Assembly (NCBI GenBank): GCA_903851445.1
Contig: CAINOH010000012.1
Span: 8,353 to 72,352, forward strand
Reading direction: 5' to 3'
DNA length: 64,000 nucleotides
From: an uncultured Candidatus Micrarchaeota archaeon
GTDB lineage: Archaea; Micrarchaeota; Micrarchaeia; Norongarragalinales; CAINOH01
Of the stretch, positions 52,928 through 62,684 are shown piece by piece; position 1 is the first letter of the stretch, and every line of letters starts with the position of its first letter. Under the pieces are notes generated by a model. The model was given only the letters and a program-made list of their open reading frames with translations. It was not told where the DNA came from and did not search any database. A program made the translations under genes and the position numbers.

Positions 52928-55321
52928 TTACCCGCGGATTGTCGCACGGTTCGTGGCGAGCCAGCTTATGAGCTCGTTTCCTGCCGCAGTTGTGTCTGCT
53001 GCAGTCCAGCCGTAGACGAAGATCTTTCCGCCCTGCACAGTCACGAATGAGTCGCCAGCCTTTGCCGGTTGACCCACTGCGAGAGTGTTGACGATCGGAC
53101 CTCCTACGACGATTACCGCCGAAGCCGAAGCCGCGCCTGAGTCGCTGTCGAGCATCACCATCGGGTTAGTGCCCGTGTTGAGCTCGTTTACGACTGCAGC
53201 CTTGGTCGGGTTCGCCGCTATCGCGTCGAGTCCAGTCAAGCCGCTGGTTCCTGCCGCGCCCGTTGTGGTTGCCGCAATCGAGCTGACAGTTGCCACGTAT
53301 CCCGAGTCGATGGTTCCCGCTTCTCCTACTCCGAGGGTCAGTGACACCGATCCTGCAGTGGCGTTTGTGCCACTAGTCTTGAGGGTGTACTTGGCCTTTA
53401 CGGGGACCTTGGGGTACTGGAGCGACGCGCTGGTGGTTCCGATTGAGAGGAACTTCACTCCGCGGTTGGTCACGAATCCAGTCTCGTACGTCGGAAGGGA
53501 TGCTGCCGTGCTGTAGCCTACCTTTGAGGTCACAGTGGAGCTTACTGCGTCCGCGAACTGTCCTGCTGTTCCCAGTGCCGGGTCGTAGAGGAAAGTCAGG
53601 TACTTTGCAGTGCCTGCCATGTTGTCCTCATCGAACTCCTTCACGCTAAGCAGGGCGAAGGTCGAGTTGCCCACTACGGTGATTCCAGATTGCTCTGAAC
53701 CGCTGTAGTAGTACTTCACCAAGCCTGATGCTACGGGGAATCCTACAGTTGCGTTGGTCTCAGTCATAGGCTTCCAGAATCCTGTGGTGTCCTGGATGAA
53801 TGCCGAACCTACTGGAGCAGCTCCAATGCTGTCTAGGTTTGCAGTAAGTGCACCGAGCGCTACGCGCACGATGTTCTTGCTGAGCGAACCGTTCTGGAAC
53901 GCGTTAGACACACCCGAGTTGATTTCAACGAACTTGCCGGTCCATTTCTGGGAGGCGCTGAACGGGATGTCCCCGTTCTGGACGTTGAAGCCGAGGTTGT
54001 CGTACCCAACAGACGCGTCGTCAAGGCCCTGGAACGTGAAGTCATATGACTCCTGTCCGCGGATCATTGACAGCTTCTCGCCTGCAACCCACTTGTCATC
54101 CGACTTGACGTACGGGTATGACGAATAGAGGGTTATGTTGGCGATTGCCTGGCTCGTGCTCGAGTTCTGGCTGAATATCGACGCATACCAGTAGTTGTGG
54201 GTGGTCGAGTCTACGAGGACGTTGTTCGTCAACGTCAGCCTGTCCGAGAATATGGACACGTCTGCGTAGTTGAAGCCGCTAACTCCCGAGAACACGTTGT
54301 TCACGCGGATAGTTATGCCTGCAACATCCTTCGTCTGGCCAGCCGCAAGGGTCTCGATGGTCACGGTTCCGGTTGGCGAAGTCACTTGGAACGCCGCCTG
54401 GGAAACCGAGCTAGTCACCTGGACCGACTTGAGCGCTACCTTTGCGCCGTTTGCCGCAGTTGCCTCGTCATCAACCTGCATGTACGGGTTGTACGCGGTC
54501 TCCTTTCCAAGGTCAATTGACTTGACATTGGTTGCGTCCGTCATGGTGTAGGCGATTACTACCCAGTCCTGGCCCAAGAGCTTTATCTTGGTGTGGGTCG
54601 AGTTGAGCTGGTCGTTCGACGGGCAGCCGAGTACGCCTTCCTTCGAAGTGTCCCAGCATAGGGGCAGCGACTCGCTGAACGCGAGGGTGTAGGCTGCGCG
54701 CATCTTGTCCGCGATTACGGTCTTGTAGGCAGTACCAGTCTCATAGTGAGTGTACGCTCCAAGGTAGATGTTCTGCGTCTGCTTCACATCCCTGTTGCGC
54801 GGGTTGTCGACCTTGCCGCTGTTGGGCAGTGCCAAGACAGAGGTCTTGTCCGGAGTCACCTTCTGTGCATACGTAAAGGTGGTGTCACCGCCGTAGAGGC
54901 CAGTAGATGCGTCGCGGACCGTGTCCACTTGGTTGTCAAGGTAGTCGTTTATGTACGTCTTCATCGTGTAGACGTTTGCCGGGCTTGCTCCAGGCACAGT
55001 TACTGACAAAGTGACCTTCTTGGTCGCTGCGTCAACTGCGCAAGTGCCTGCTCCTGCACCGCACGACACGCCGTCCTTTCCGACGACTGTGACGTCCTTG
55101 TCTGTGTATGCCAGGTTGCCGATCATGGCAGCGATGTTTGCTGCAACTACGACATCTTGGGGCTGAGCTCTTGCTCCTATTACAACTTTCACGGCTGGCT
55201 CTCCGTTGTTGAAGAACTTATAGCCGGTCAGCTGTGTGCTGTCCATGGAAACCGCTGCCACTGCAGATGCCGCCATCATGGCGCCTACCGCAAGGGTCGC
55301 GAACTTCCTCATGCTTTTCAT
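52928..55321 (-). CDS. putative S-layer / major surface (glyco)protein
   Basis: 797 aa. Signal peptide MKSMRKFATLAVGAMMAASAVAAVS. T/S/A/G/V-rich composition with no C-terminal TM. Strong AGGTGGT ribosome-binding site, long leader and strong terminator. Confidence 0.6.
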   Translation of the reverse strand: MKSMRKFATLAVGAMMAASAVAAVSMDSTQLTGYKFFNNGEPAVKVVIGARAQPQDVVVAANIAAMIGNLAYTDKDVTVVGKDGVSCGAGAGTCAVDAATKKVTLSVTVPGASPANVYTMKTYINDYLDNQVDTVRDASTGLYGGDTTFTYAQKVTPDKTSVLALPNSGKVDNPRNRDVKQTQNIYLGAYTHYETGTAYKTVIADKMRAAYTLAFSESLPLCWDTSKEGVLGCPSNDQLNSTHTKIKLLGQDWVVIAYTMTDATNVKSIDLGKETAYNPYMQVDDEATAANGAKVALKSVQVTSSVSQAAFQVTSPTGTVTIETLAAGQTKDVAGITIRVNNVFSGVSGFNYADVSIFSDRLTLTNNVLVDSTTHNYWYASIFSQNSSTSQAIANITLYSSYPYVKSDDKWVAGEKLSMIRGQESYDFTFQGLDDASVGYDNLGFNVQNGDIPFSASQKWTGKFVEINSGVSNAFQNGSLSKNIVRVALGALTANLDSIGAAPVGSAFIQDTTGFWKPMTETNATVGFPVASGLVKYYYSGSEQSGITVVGNSTFALLSVKEFDEDNMAGTAKYLTFLYDPALGTAGQFADAVSSTVTSKVGYSTAASLPTYETGFVTNRGVKFLSIGTTSASLQYPKVPVKAKYTLKTSGTNATAGSVSLTLGVGEAGTIDSGYVATVSSIAATTTGAAGTSGLTGLDAIAANPTKAAVVNELNTGTNPMVMLDSDSGAASASAVIVVGGPIVNTLAVGQPAKAGDSFVTVQGGKIFVYGWTAADTTAAGNELISWLATNRATIRG

Positions 55322-55417
55322 TTATACCACCTGTACGATGCAAAAGCCCATACGGACCCATGCATTCGTTTTGTCTTTTTCTATCAAGGCTTATGTGCAC
55401 GCGCATCTCCCATCCAA

Positions 55418-55442
55418 CCATTACGTCAAAGAACGTAATGCC
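55418..55442 (-). other. hairpin in the long 5' leader of the S-layer gene
   Basis: CATTACGT-N6-ACGTAATG is a perfect 8-bp stem. It lies between the TATA-like GCTTATAAGTG (near 55490) and the ATG at 55321. Confidence 0.45.
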
Positions 55443-55591
55443 TAACGTCAGACAAAGACGACACTCGTGTTAAGTGTTATTTTTTGGGTTCACTTATAAG
55501 CATTATGCCCAAAAACTTGGGGATTGTCGAAGATTCGTTGGAATTCAGTCGAATACCGTATTACTTGGTATGAACTTTATTATTCTCTTGA

Positions 55592-56362
55592 CTATTTGCC
55601 TTGTATTATAGATGCAAGTCTGGCAATAAAACCCCTTGTCTTGGGCGTAAAGGGCTGGCCGGATAGGTGCGCGCCAAGCCGCAGGAACTCCTGGCTTGAT
55701 GGAGCATAGTAATCATAATAGATGGTGGCCTTCTCGGCTGCCAGGCTCTTGGGCACCGCCTTGTCGTGGGGTATGGTGCATAGGACCGGCACTTCAGCCA
55801 TTGCCGCAGCCTGCGCTGCACTAAGCTGGGCCTCGCCCCTTGCAGCCATGTTCAGCACCAGTCCAAGCTCCTGCTTTCCAAGGTTGGTGACCATCTTGCG
55901 GCACCGGATTACGTCCATAAGCGATGGCACGGTTGGCGTTGCCACGTAAAGCAGCTGGTCGCCGTAGCGCATGGCAAGGAGCGCCTCGGACCCAAGGCCG
56001 GGCCCGCAGTCTATTATTACGTCATCGTGCGTTTTCTTCAGTTCCCGCAGAACAGGGCCTATCCTGCCTAGCTCCGCCATGGAGAACTTTCGGGGAGAGA
56101 TTGAACTTGCAAGCACTTTGAGCCCGGACTCGTGCTCGCTCAGGGCCTCGGCAAGGCCTGCCTTTCCCATCACCACGTCTTCAAGCACCTTTGCCTTTGC
56201 TCCGATGCCGGTCATTGCGGCCAAGTGGGGTGTGGTGAGGTTGAGGTCTACCAGTACGACTTTGCGTTTGTGGTGCCCTGCCATGGCTGCTGCTGCGTTC
56301 AGGGCTACTGTTGACTTTCCTACTCCGCCTTTTCCGGATACGACTGTGATTATCCTGCCCAT
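55592..56362 (-). CDS. MinD/ParA-family P-loop ATPase
   Basis: From the ATG at 56362: MGRIITVVSGKGGVGKST (deviant Walker A), VLVDLNL. 256 aa. The track start at 56590 lies inside the upstream gene. Confidence 0.85.
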   Translation of the reverse strand: MGRIITVVSGKGGVGKSTVALNAAAAMAGHHKRKVVLVDLNLTTPHLAAMTGIGAKAKVLEDVVMGKAGLAEALSEHESGLKVLASSISPRKFSMAELGRIGPVLRELKKTHDDVIIDCGPGLGSEALLAMRYGDQLLYVATPTVPSLMDVIRCRKMVTNLGKQELGLVLNMAARGEAQLSAAQAAAMAEVPVLCTIPHDKAVPKSLAAEKATIYYDYYAPSSQEFLRLGAHLSGQPFTPKTRGFIARLASIIQGK

Positions 56363-56423
56363 GGCCTCAAACTTCTCCTTTTTCCTTATTGTTATATGGT
56401 AAGTATGATTTTTGTTCGCCCGG

Positions 56424-57686
56424 TTAATTAGCCGATTGCGGCTTCTGTCCCTTTCCGGCTTCTGGCGCTGTGACTTCCTGACTGGTTTTCGCCGCAGCTG
56501 CCTGGCTTGTTGATGGTTGCGGCTGCGCTGGCGCTTGGGAAAGGGGTGTGGAGTTGACTTTGGATTCCAGCACAGCAAACCGCAGAGCAATGCTGGTTAG
56601 CTTTGCGCGGTCCTCCTGTTGCTTTGCGCTTATCTCGTCCAGCTCTTCGAAATTGTTGCGCGAGCTTACCAGGGTCTTGCCGAGCAGCCCTGTCACGCGC
56701 TCTATCCGGTCGACCTGTCCTCGGAGTTCCTGCACCTGCCTTGCGGAGTCTGCTGCCGCGTTCATTGCCTGCTGGAACTGGCCGACCCTGTTTGCAAGGT
56801 CTCGCATCTCCGCAAGCCTTGCTGCCGCCTGCTCTTCGGCGTTGGAAAGCCTGCTGGAAAGCTCGAGTATCCGTCCCTCGAAGTCATTTGAAAGTGCGTT
56901 CAGCCGATCCGCTTCCGAGTCCTGTTCCGCATGGTCCTGCTGGCTGGTGGCCTTTGCTTTGGCCGGCCGGTTTCCGGTGTGGGCAGTCCCAGTCTGCATG
57001 TTTGCAACCTGCGATTCGAGGCTGGAGAGCTTGGTGTAGAGCGAGTCGAGCGTGCTCGAAAACTGGGTGGCCTCGTCTCGCATTTTTTCGGAGGCTCCAG
57101 GCTCGGCCAGCCCTGCATCATCCTGCGAGGCAGCTGCCTTGGCTGCTGACAGCTCCCGCTTGATTTCCCGGGCCCGCGCGGGAAGTTCTGCTGCACTGGA
57201 TGCGGATGAGGATAGTATGATTGCAGGGGAGATGACTTCCTTGCGCTGCACCGCGACAACACGGGGCTGACCCGACGACTCGGAATCTATTTGGGACTGC
57301 ACAGTGGAAAGCCTGGCATTGCAGGTCATGAGGAGCTTTTCGTACGCAGCTTCGGTTATCTTGCCGGAGGAGACGGCGTCAGCAAGGCCTTCCGTTATGC
57401 GCACCAGGCCCGCCTTCTGCTTGTAGAGTGCTTGGACGCGCTCGCTTGCTCCCTGCGGCGCCTGAACTGGCGAAGCCGAATCCTGTGGTGAGATTTTCTT
57501 CAGCAGCTCGGCTTGCGCAAAAAAGTATTCCTGCTCGCTTATTGCCTTGGACTCATAACCGGACTGGATTTGCATTAGGAGCGGCACTGCGGCCTGGCCT
57601 TCGACTTGCAGGCTCTTGCTTGAAAGCCCGGCGACTATGGCCTTCGGGTCTGAAGGCAACATTGATGCTACAGCCTGTGGTTTCAT
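56424..57686 (-). CDS. long coiled-coil protein with a Q/A/S/P-rich tail
   Basis: About 420 aa from the ATG at 57686. Heptad-like, A/E/Q/L/S-rich throughout, with no enzymatic motif. Confidence 0.6.
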   Translation of the reverse strand: MKPQAVASMLPSDPKAIVAGLSSKSLQVEGQAAVPLLMQIQSGYESKAISEQEYFFAQAELLKKISPQDSASPVQAPQGASERVQALYKQKAGLVRITEGLADAVSSGKITEAAYEKLLMTCNARLSTVQSQIDSESSGQPRVVAVQRKEVISPAIILSSSASSAAELPARAREIKRELSAAKAAASQDDAGLAEPGASEKMRDEATQFSSTLDSLYTKLSSLESQVANMQTGTAHTGNRPAKAKATSQQDHAEQDSEADRLNALSNDFEGRILELSSRLSNAEEQAAARLAEMRDLANRVGQFQQAMNAAADSARQVQELRGQVDRIERVTGLLGKTLVSSRNNFEELDEISAKQQEDRAKLTSIALRFAVLESKVNSTPLSQAPAQPQPSTSQAAAAKTSQEVTAPEAGKGQKPQSAN

Positions 57687-57819
57687 GCGCCTTTGTTCGC
57701 TCCCCAAATGCGCAGCCTGTTGCGGCCCGCACCGTGCGAAGATAGTAATTAGGGGGTAAATAAAATGCTGCGGATGAGAAAGGAGAAGGGCCGACAAGAA
57801 TGCCACAGAACCTTTTGCC

Positions 57820-58251
57820 TCAGCCGGTCTTGCGCACCGAGGGAATCTTCAGGTAGTAGATGCCGTTCTGGGAGCGCACAACCAGCGGGTCGCCTGCCAT
57901 CAGAGAGGAGATGTCAAGCTCGTACTCCCCGCGGTCGATTACGGTGATGTTCTCAGCGGGCTGCTCCTTGCGGCTGTTGGCTGCAGGTTGCACGCCGAGG
58001 TATTCGCCCATCCTCTGCGCTTCCGCGTCATCCGGGGATACTAGCTCGACGCTCACTGGCTGCGTGCGCGCAAGCTCCTTTACCTTGCCTGACTCAATCA
58101 CTGCTGAAAGCCCGGAGTCCATCGCCTCCTTTATGGAGACGTCGTCGTTCCGCAGGTAGAGGAAGATTCGCGAGCCGCACGTGCAGCCCTTCAACAGCTC
58201 GGGCGAGCTGTTGGGGTAGACTTTGGAGCAGGATACGCACTTGTGGGGCAT
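57820..58251 (-). CDS. Zn-ribbon protein (DUF2072-like by memory)
   Basis: MPHKCVSCSKVY...GCTCGSRIF gives a CxxC...CxC N-terminal ribbon. 143 aa. Confidence 0.65.
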   Translation of the reverse strand: MPHKCVSCSKVYPNSSPELLKGCTCGSRIFLYLRNDDVSIKEAMDSGLSAVIESGKVKELARTQPVSVELVSPDDAEAQRMGEYLGVQPAANSRKEQPAENITVIDRGEYELDISSLMAGDPLVVRSQNGIYYLKIPSVRKTG

Positions 58252-58417
58252 TTCGGCAACCTTGAGATTTCAATGCAGGAACTGGTTAAAAAATCGGACT
58301 TTGAATTAACTTAGGGGGGATGATGGGAATGCGCCGGGGACACCACCAAATTATTGCAATAGTCGTCATTCTTGTGCTTGCATACCTTGCGTTCTTTTCC
58401 CAGTAGATACCACGAGG

Positions 58418-58771
58418 TCATTTTCCTGCGAACACGCTGAGCTTCCCGGGGTTGCGCTTTATCTGGCGCACTAGGCTGCTTGGCCCTACTATCGTAAGCC
58501 CTGCTGTCTTTCCGCCAAGGAGCTTGATTGCAGCTGCGCGGATGCCTTCGGAGCTTTCGCCAAGCCGGCTTATCTCGATTCCGGGAAACTTCGAACCGAT
58601 GCTTGACATTGTCGAGGAAATCAACTCGGCCTCTTCGGTTGCGGAGAGCGGCTCCTCAAGGACAACTATCTTCCCTTTCTTTACAAGGTCGAGTATTGAG
58701 GAGAGCTTCTGCTTTGGCTGCTTTCCCGAAAGGACCGACGAGGACAGGAACTCAATCTGGATTTCCGCCAT
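58418..58771 (-). CDS. conserved archaeal protein (DUF2073-like by memory)
   Basis: 117 aa. KIVVLEEPLSATEEAELISSTMSSI...FPGIEI. It lies 4 nt downstream of the GTPase gene. Confidence 0.6.
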   Translation of the reverse strand: MAEIQIEFLSSSVLSGKQPKQKLSSILDLVKKGKIVVLEEPLSATEEAELISSTMSSIGSKFPGIEISRLGESSEGIRAAAIKLLGGKTAGLTIVGPSSLVRQIKRNPGKLSVFAGK

Positions 58772-58775
58772 CTTC

Positions 58776-59402
58776 TCAACCCACGCTCTTTGCGATGGCC
58801 TCGTAGAGCTTTTCTATGTGCTCGCCTGTAAGCGCGGAAACCTCGACAACTGCGTACTGGGGGAATGCATCGCGCACCCTTTCCGGCTTGGCCGACTTGT
58901 CGTCAATCTTGTTTGCAACCAGTATTACGGGGATTTTGCGCGCCTCGAGGTTGCCGAGAACCGTGATGTTGACCTGCGTGAGCGGGTCCTGCGTCGAATC
59001 CATCACAACCAGCGCCACGTCGACTTTCTCAAGCCACTTTATTGCCTCGATGATTCCCTTGGTGGCTTCCTTTGCGCGCGCCTGCGCCGCGTCCTTGCGT
59101 ATCCCGTAGCGCAGGAAGTCCTTGTAGTCTATCTTGGTCGCGATGCCGGGCATGTCAAGCAGATTCATCTCAAGCGTCCTGCCGCCAGCCTTGACTATTA
59201 CGTGCTCCTTTTTCGTGACTGAGCGGGTCTCGTGCGGGATTTCGGAGACCTTACCCACTTCCTCGCCAAGCCAGTCGAGCGAGATGCGGTTTGCGAGCGA
59301 GGTCTTTCCCGCGTTGACCTGGCCATACAGGCCGAGTGAGAACTTGTGCTTTCGCAAAAAGACTGCTGAGAGCCAGTTGACGAACTTGGAGAGTATGCTC
59401 AT
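58776..59402 (-). CDS. small GTP-binding protein (Era/Ras-like fold)
   Basis: G1 GQVNAGKTS, G3 DMPG, G4 NKID, G5 SAL. Confidence 0.85.
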   Translation of the reverse strand: MSILSKFVNWLSAVFLRKHKFSLGLYGQVNAGKTSLANRISLDWLGEEVGKVSEIPHETRSVTKKEHVIVKAGGRTLEMNLLDMPGIATKIDYKDFLRYGIRKDAAQARAKEATKGIIEAIKWLEKVDVALVVMDSTQDPLTQVNITVLGNLEARKIPVILVANKIDDKSAKPERVRDAFPQYAVVEVSALTGEHIEKLYEAIAKSVG

Positions 59403-59538
59403 TGGAAATTACCCGGTTATCTGGTGGGCCAAAACGGTGTTTTGCACTGAAGGTTTTGAGAGATTAAGCAGTGTTGCCAATAAAAACCCTTTCAAAGATG
59501 GGAAGGGCGACGAAAACCGCAACGGTATTTGCCTTGAC

Positions 59539-59844
59539 CTAGCGCTTTGCTGTCGCGTCCTGCCGCATGACGAACTTCACAATCATGAACACTACTAGCG
59601 CCACGATGAGAAAGTCAATGAGGTTGCCGACCAGGTCGCCAATCATGAAATTGACCGGGCCGAGCGAGAGTATGGAATTTTGCCAGTCTCCTCCTGGCAC
59701 CAGCACGGCGACTATGGGCATGACCACGTCTTTTACAAGCGCGGTAACAAGCTTTGTCGCCGCCGCGCCTATGATGAACGCAACAGCAAGCCCGAGGACT
59801 TGGTAGTTCTTGAGGAATGTCTTGAACTCGTCTACGAAACCCAT
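59539..59844 (-). CDS. mscL: large-conductance mechanosensitive channel
   Basis: FKTFLKNYQVLGLAVAFIIGAAATKLVTALVKDVVMP is the conserved MscL TM1 region. 101 aa. Confidence 0.9.
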   Translation of the reverse strand: MGFVDEFKTFLKNYQVLGLAVAFIIGAAATKLVTALVKDVVMPIVAVLVPGGDWQNSILSLGPVNFMIGDLVGNLIDFLIVALVVFMIVKFVMRQDATAKR

Positions 59845-60016
59845 ACTGCAACCACCCGTTCAGATTGTGCCTTGCAAACATTATGCGAAGGGGGTATTTC
59901 AAGCAATCGCAGGCCCTGTCGGCTGGCGGGTTGGTTCCGGCACTTTTTTTAAGCGGTAAAAAGTAATGTAAACCACAGCGGTGCGATTTGCATTTGCTTT
60001 CAAGAGTGCTTTTACA

Positions 60017-60349
60017 ATGGACGTAAGCTGCCCGCAGTGCGGTAACCCAAACTTGGATGTCGACGCGCAGAACAACGTGGTGTACTGCAAGAAGTGCGGG
60101 TTTGCTGTCAGGGTCGACCCGCAGACGCAGGAGGTCACGCCGATATCGGAAGGCGGCGCAATGCAGGCTTCGCAGCCCTCGGCATCCTATTCGGGCGGTG
60201 AAAAGTCCATCCTGGGAATGGAGCCGCTGACTTTCTTTCTTATCTTCCTCGTGCTCCTTGCGATACTGATGTTTGCAGGCGTAATCGCGCTTGAGCACGT
60301 GTTCATCGGCAGCATCGTTATCTTCCTGATATACTGGTACAACCACTAG
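60017..60349 (+). CDS. Zn-ribbon membrane protein
   Basis: MDVSCPQCG...YCKKCG ribbon followed by two C-terminal TM helices. Confidence 0.55.
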   Translation: MDVSCPQCGNPNLDVDAQNNVVYCKKCGFAVRVDPQTQEVTPISEGGAMQASQPSASYSGGEKSILGMEPLTFFLIFLVLLAILMFAGVIALEHVFIGSIVIFLIYWYNH

Positions 60350-60362
60350 AGAGGAAAAAGGG

Positions 60363-61700
60363 CTAGAAATAATCAGACAGCGACTTTTGCGGGACAACGG
60401 AGTTAGGCACTACAGCAGATGATTTTCCCGCAGCCTTCCTCGAACCCAGCGACTCCACAACACCGTATTCTCCGTCAAACCCTGGCGACACCTTGAGCCG
60501 GGCCTCGCGGTTTGCGATTATTGCAAAAACGATTTTCTCATCGCTTACCGAGGCCAGACTGGCCGGCGGCACGTCGATGAGTATGGAAAGCTCGGCCTTG
60601 AACGCCGCGATTAGCTTTTCGTATTCCGCTGCCACTTTCTTTGACGCAAGGGGCGAGCCTATTGTTGCCGAGATTAGCTCGTTGAGGGGCAAAAGCGTCT
60701 TGTACGGGATTGCGCCTTTGGGCTTGAAGCCCTCGGCACGGTCCGCAAGCTCATCCACCCTGTTCTGCACTCCGATTGTGAGCGGCCTCTTGCACACGGG
60801 GCAGATTCCCTTCAGCTTCTTTGTCTGCTCCGGCGAGCTGCATACCCCGCACGCGCGGTGGCCGTCGTAGTGGTACTTGCCGTAGTTGGGGTCGACCTCG
60901 ACCGTGAACTTAAACACGCCCGCGTCCTTTTTGCGCACTGCGGCAAAGAGAGCGTCATAGGATATTTTTCCTCCTGTAAAATCGAACGCGTTGCACTCGC
61001 GGCCCAGGCGCCACGAGTATGGCGAATGCGAGTCGGAGTTGGACATTATTGCAAAGCGGTCGAGGCTGGAAACCCGCCAGTTCATCGCCGGGTCGCTTGA
61101 GAGCCCGGACTCGATTGCGAAGATGCGCCTTGCCTGGTCCTCGTATGCCTCGTCAACTGAATCGTACCCAGAGTTCGCGCCAAGCACTGAGAACCACGGA
61201 GTCCACGCGTGCGCTGGCACGATTACCGCGTCTTTGGAGGTCTCGAAAATGATTTCAGCCATCTGCGCGCTCGTGCAGCCCCCAAACATGGGCCTGCCGT
61301 CCGCTGCCAGGTTCCCCATCTTGGACAGCCGGTCGTTTATTTGCGCTGCCTGCTCAAAGTCGGGGACGTAAACGATGTGGTGGACTTTCTTTACTCCCGC
61401 AAGGCCGAGCGAGCATATTGTCGCGACTTCGGTTGATATCATGTACTTGACTGAATCGTCGCGGCCTTTGAGTTTGAACAGGCCCTCACAGTCGGAAGGC
61501 TCAAGCTTTGACTTCAGCTCTGAAAAGTATTTCGGGTGGGTGAAGTCGCCGGTTGCGACGATGCCAAGGCCCTTTTCCAGCGCGCCGGCGTAGAGGCCGT
61601 CGACGTCCATCTTTTCGGACACTGCGCGCGAGTATTTCGAGTGGAGGTGAAGGTCGGCAAAGACCAGCTTGGAAAAATCGGTTTCCCTTGCCGTATCCAT
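60363..61700 (-). CDS. endonuclease Q (PHP domain plus Zn finger)
   Basis: DLHLHSKYSRAVS, PAHAWTPW, NSDSHSP, GKYHYDGHRAC...CPVCKRPL and GFDGEYG align by eye with Pyrococcus EndoQ. Confidence 0.8.
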   Translation of the reverse strand: MDTARETDFSKLVFADLHLHSKYSRAVSEKMDVDGLYAGALEKGLGIVATGDFTHPKYFSELKSKLEPSDCEGLFKLKGRDDSVKYMISTEVATICSLGLAGVKKVHHIVYVPDFEQAAQINDRLSKMGNLAADGRPMFGGCTSAQMAEIIFETSKDAVIVPAHAWTPWFSVLGANSGYDSVDEAYEDQARRIFAIESGLSSDPAMNWRVSSLDRFAIMSNSDSHSPYSWRLGRECNAFDFTGGKISYDALFAAVRKKDAGVFKFTVEVDPNYGKYHYDGHRACGVCSSPEQTKKLKGICPVCKRPLTIGVQNRVDELADRAEGFKPKGAIPYKTLLPLNELISATIGSPLASKKVAAEYEKLIAAFKAELSILIDVPPASLASVSDEKIVFAIIANREARLKVSPGFDGEYGVVESLGSRKAAGKSSAVVPNSVVPQKSLSDYF

Positions 61701-61713
61701 ATAGTCACACCGC

Positions 61714-62544
61714 CTAGCGGATGTAGGAGAGGCTCTCGTTGCGCTTGATTATGTCCTCTGCGGGCAGCTCCCCCGCCTTGGGCTCTTCTGGCGAGGCCTG
61801 CTCGTTGAGCTTGCGGATCATTTCCTCGGCCTTCTTTGCGCGGACTTCAAGGTTTGCCGTGTCAAATTTTTCGCCAGTTGCCGAACCGAGGAGCTTGACC
61901 AGGGCGGTTGCGCCCCTGGAGTCTATCACCGAGCCGGGTGTTTCAACAAGGAGGCAGGCGCCCTTCATTCCATAGGCCTTTGCAAGGCCCGGGAACAGGC
62001 CGGCCATTCCGACTATTGGCACTGCCTTGTCGACGTTCTTGGTGCCGAGCTTCTTGAAGCTGGCGTGGAACTTCTTGCTTGTGCTGGTGCAGTAGATTGT
62101 GGGAGCCTTGCCCTGCTTTGGCGCAACCGCAAACCCGGCCATCGATACTACCTGCGTGCCGCCTACGGAGCCGAAGTATTCAAGAGCGCGCGAGCACACC
62201 TCGTACTGGCCGTCTATTGACAGGGGCTGGATGTCGCCCTTGAGGAAAATCACGTCGCGCTTCTTGAGCTTCTTGTAATAGAAGCGCATCGAGAACATCC
62301 GGAGCTTCCCGGACTTGAGCGCGATGACCTGGTTCGGAAAATAAGGGGAGTAGATGGTTGCTATGCGCTGTGCTTTGACCTGCTTTACAAGGTGGTCAAC
62401 AGCAAGCTTGCTTACAAAGCCGATTCCCGGCAGGCCCACGATAAGGAGCGGGTTCTTTGCATCGACCTGTCGGTGCACCGAAACCTGCGAGCGCGAAAAG
62501 CCCTCGGCCGTGGGCATGGTAAATACTCTCTTGCTTGATGCCAA
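61714..62544 (-). CDS. PAC2-family proteasome assembly chaperone
   Basis: LIVGLPGIGFVSKLAVDHL, an acidic C-terminal region and the tail ...LSYIR. Confidence 0.75.
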   Translation of the reverse strand: MASSKRVFTMPTAEGFSRSQVSVHRQVDAKNPLLIVGLPGIGFVSKLAVDHLVKQVKAQRIATIYSPYFPNQVIALKSGKLRMFSMRFYYKKLKKRDVIFLKGDIQPLSIDGQYEVCSRALEYFGSVGGTQVVSMAGFAVAPKQGKAPTIYCTSTSKKFHASFKKLGTKNVDKAVPIVGMAGLFPGLAKAYGMKGACLLVETPGSVIDSRGATALVKLLGSATGEKFDTANLEVRAKKAEEMIRKLNEQASPEEPKAGELPAEDIIKRNESLSYIR

Positions 62545-62684
62545 TTGGAAAACTCACCCTTGTGCTGTTAGTGATTAGGCGGCGAGGCGTTTTATTGGTT
62601 GGCAAACGCATCGGAAGCTTCAGCGGAAACACGGCCTGCAAAGCATTAAAACCATTGTTATAACATATTATAATGTGATTTTGT

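Noticed and set aside
58452-59222. 256-aa plus-strand ORF
   Set aside because: It is antisense to the GTPase and DUF2073-like genes, which have clear G1-G5 motifs.
59615-60397. 260-aa minus-strand ORF spanning mscL, the intergenic region and the Zn-ribbon gene
   Set aside because: It overlaps two well-supported genes on both strands and an intergenic promoter region. Its composition is Arg-rich and low-complexity.
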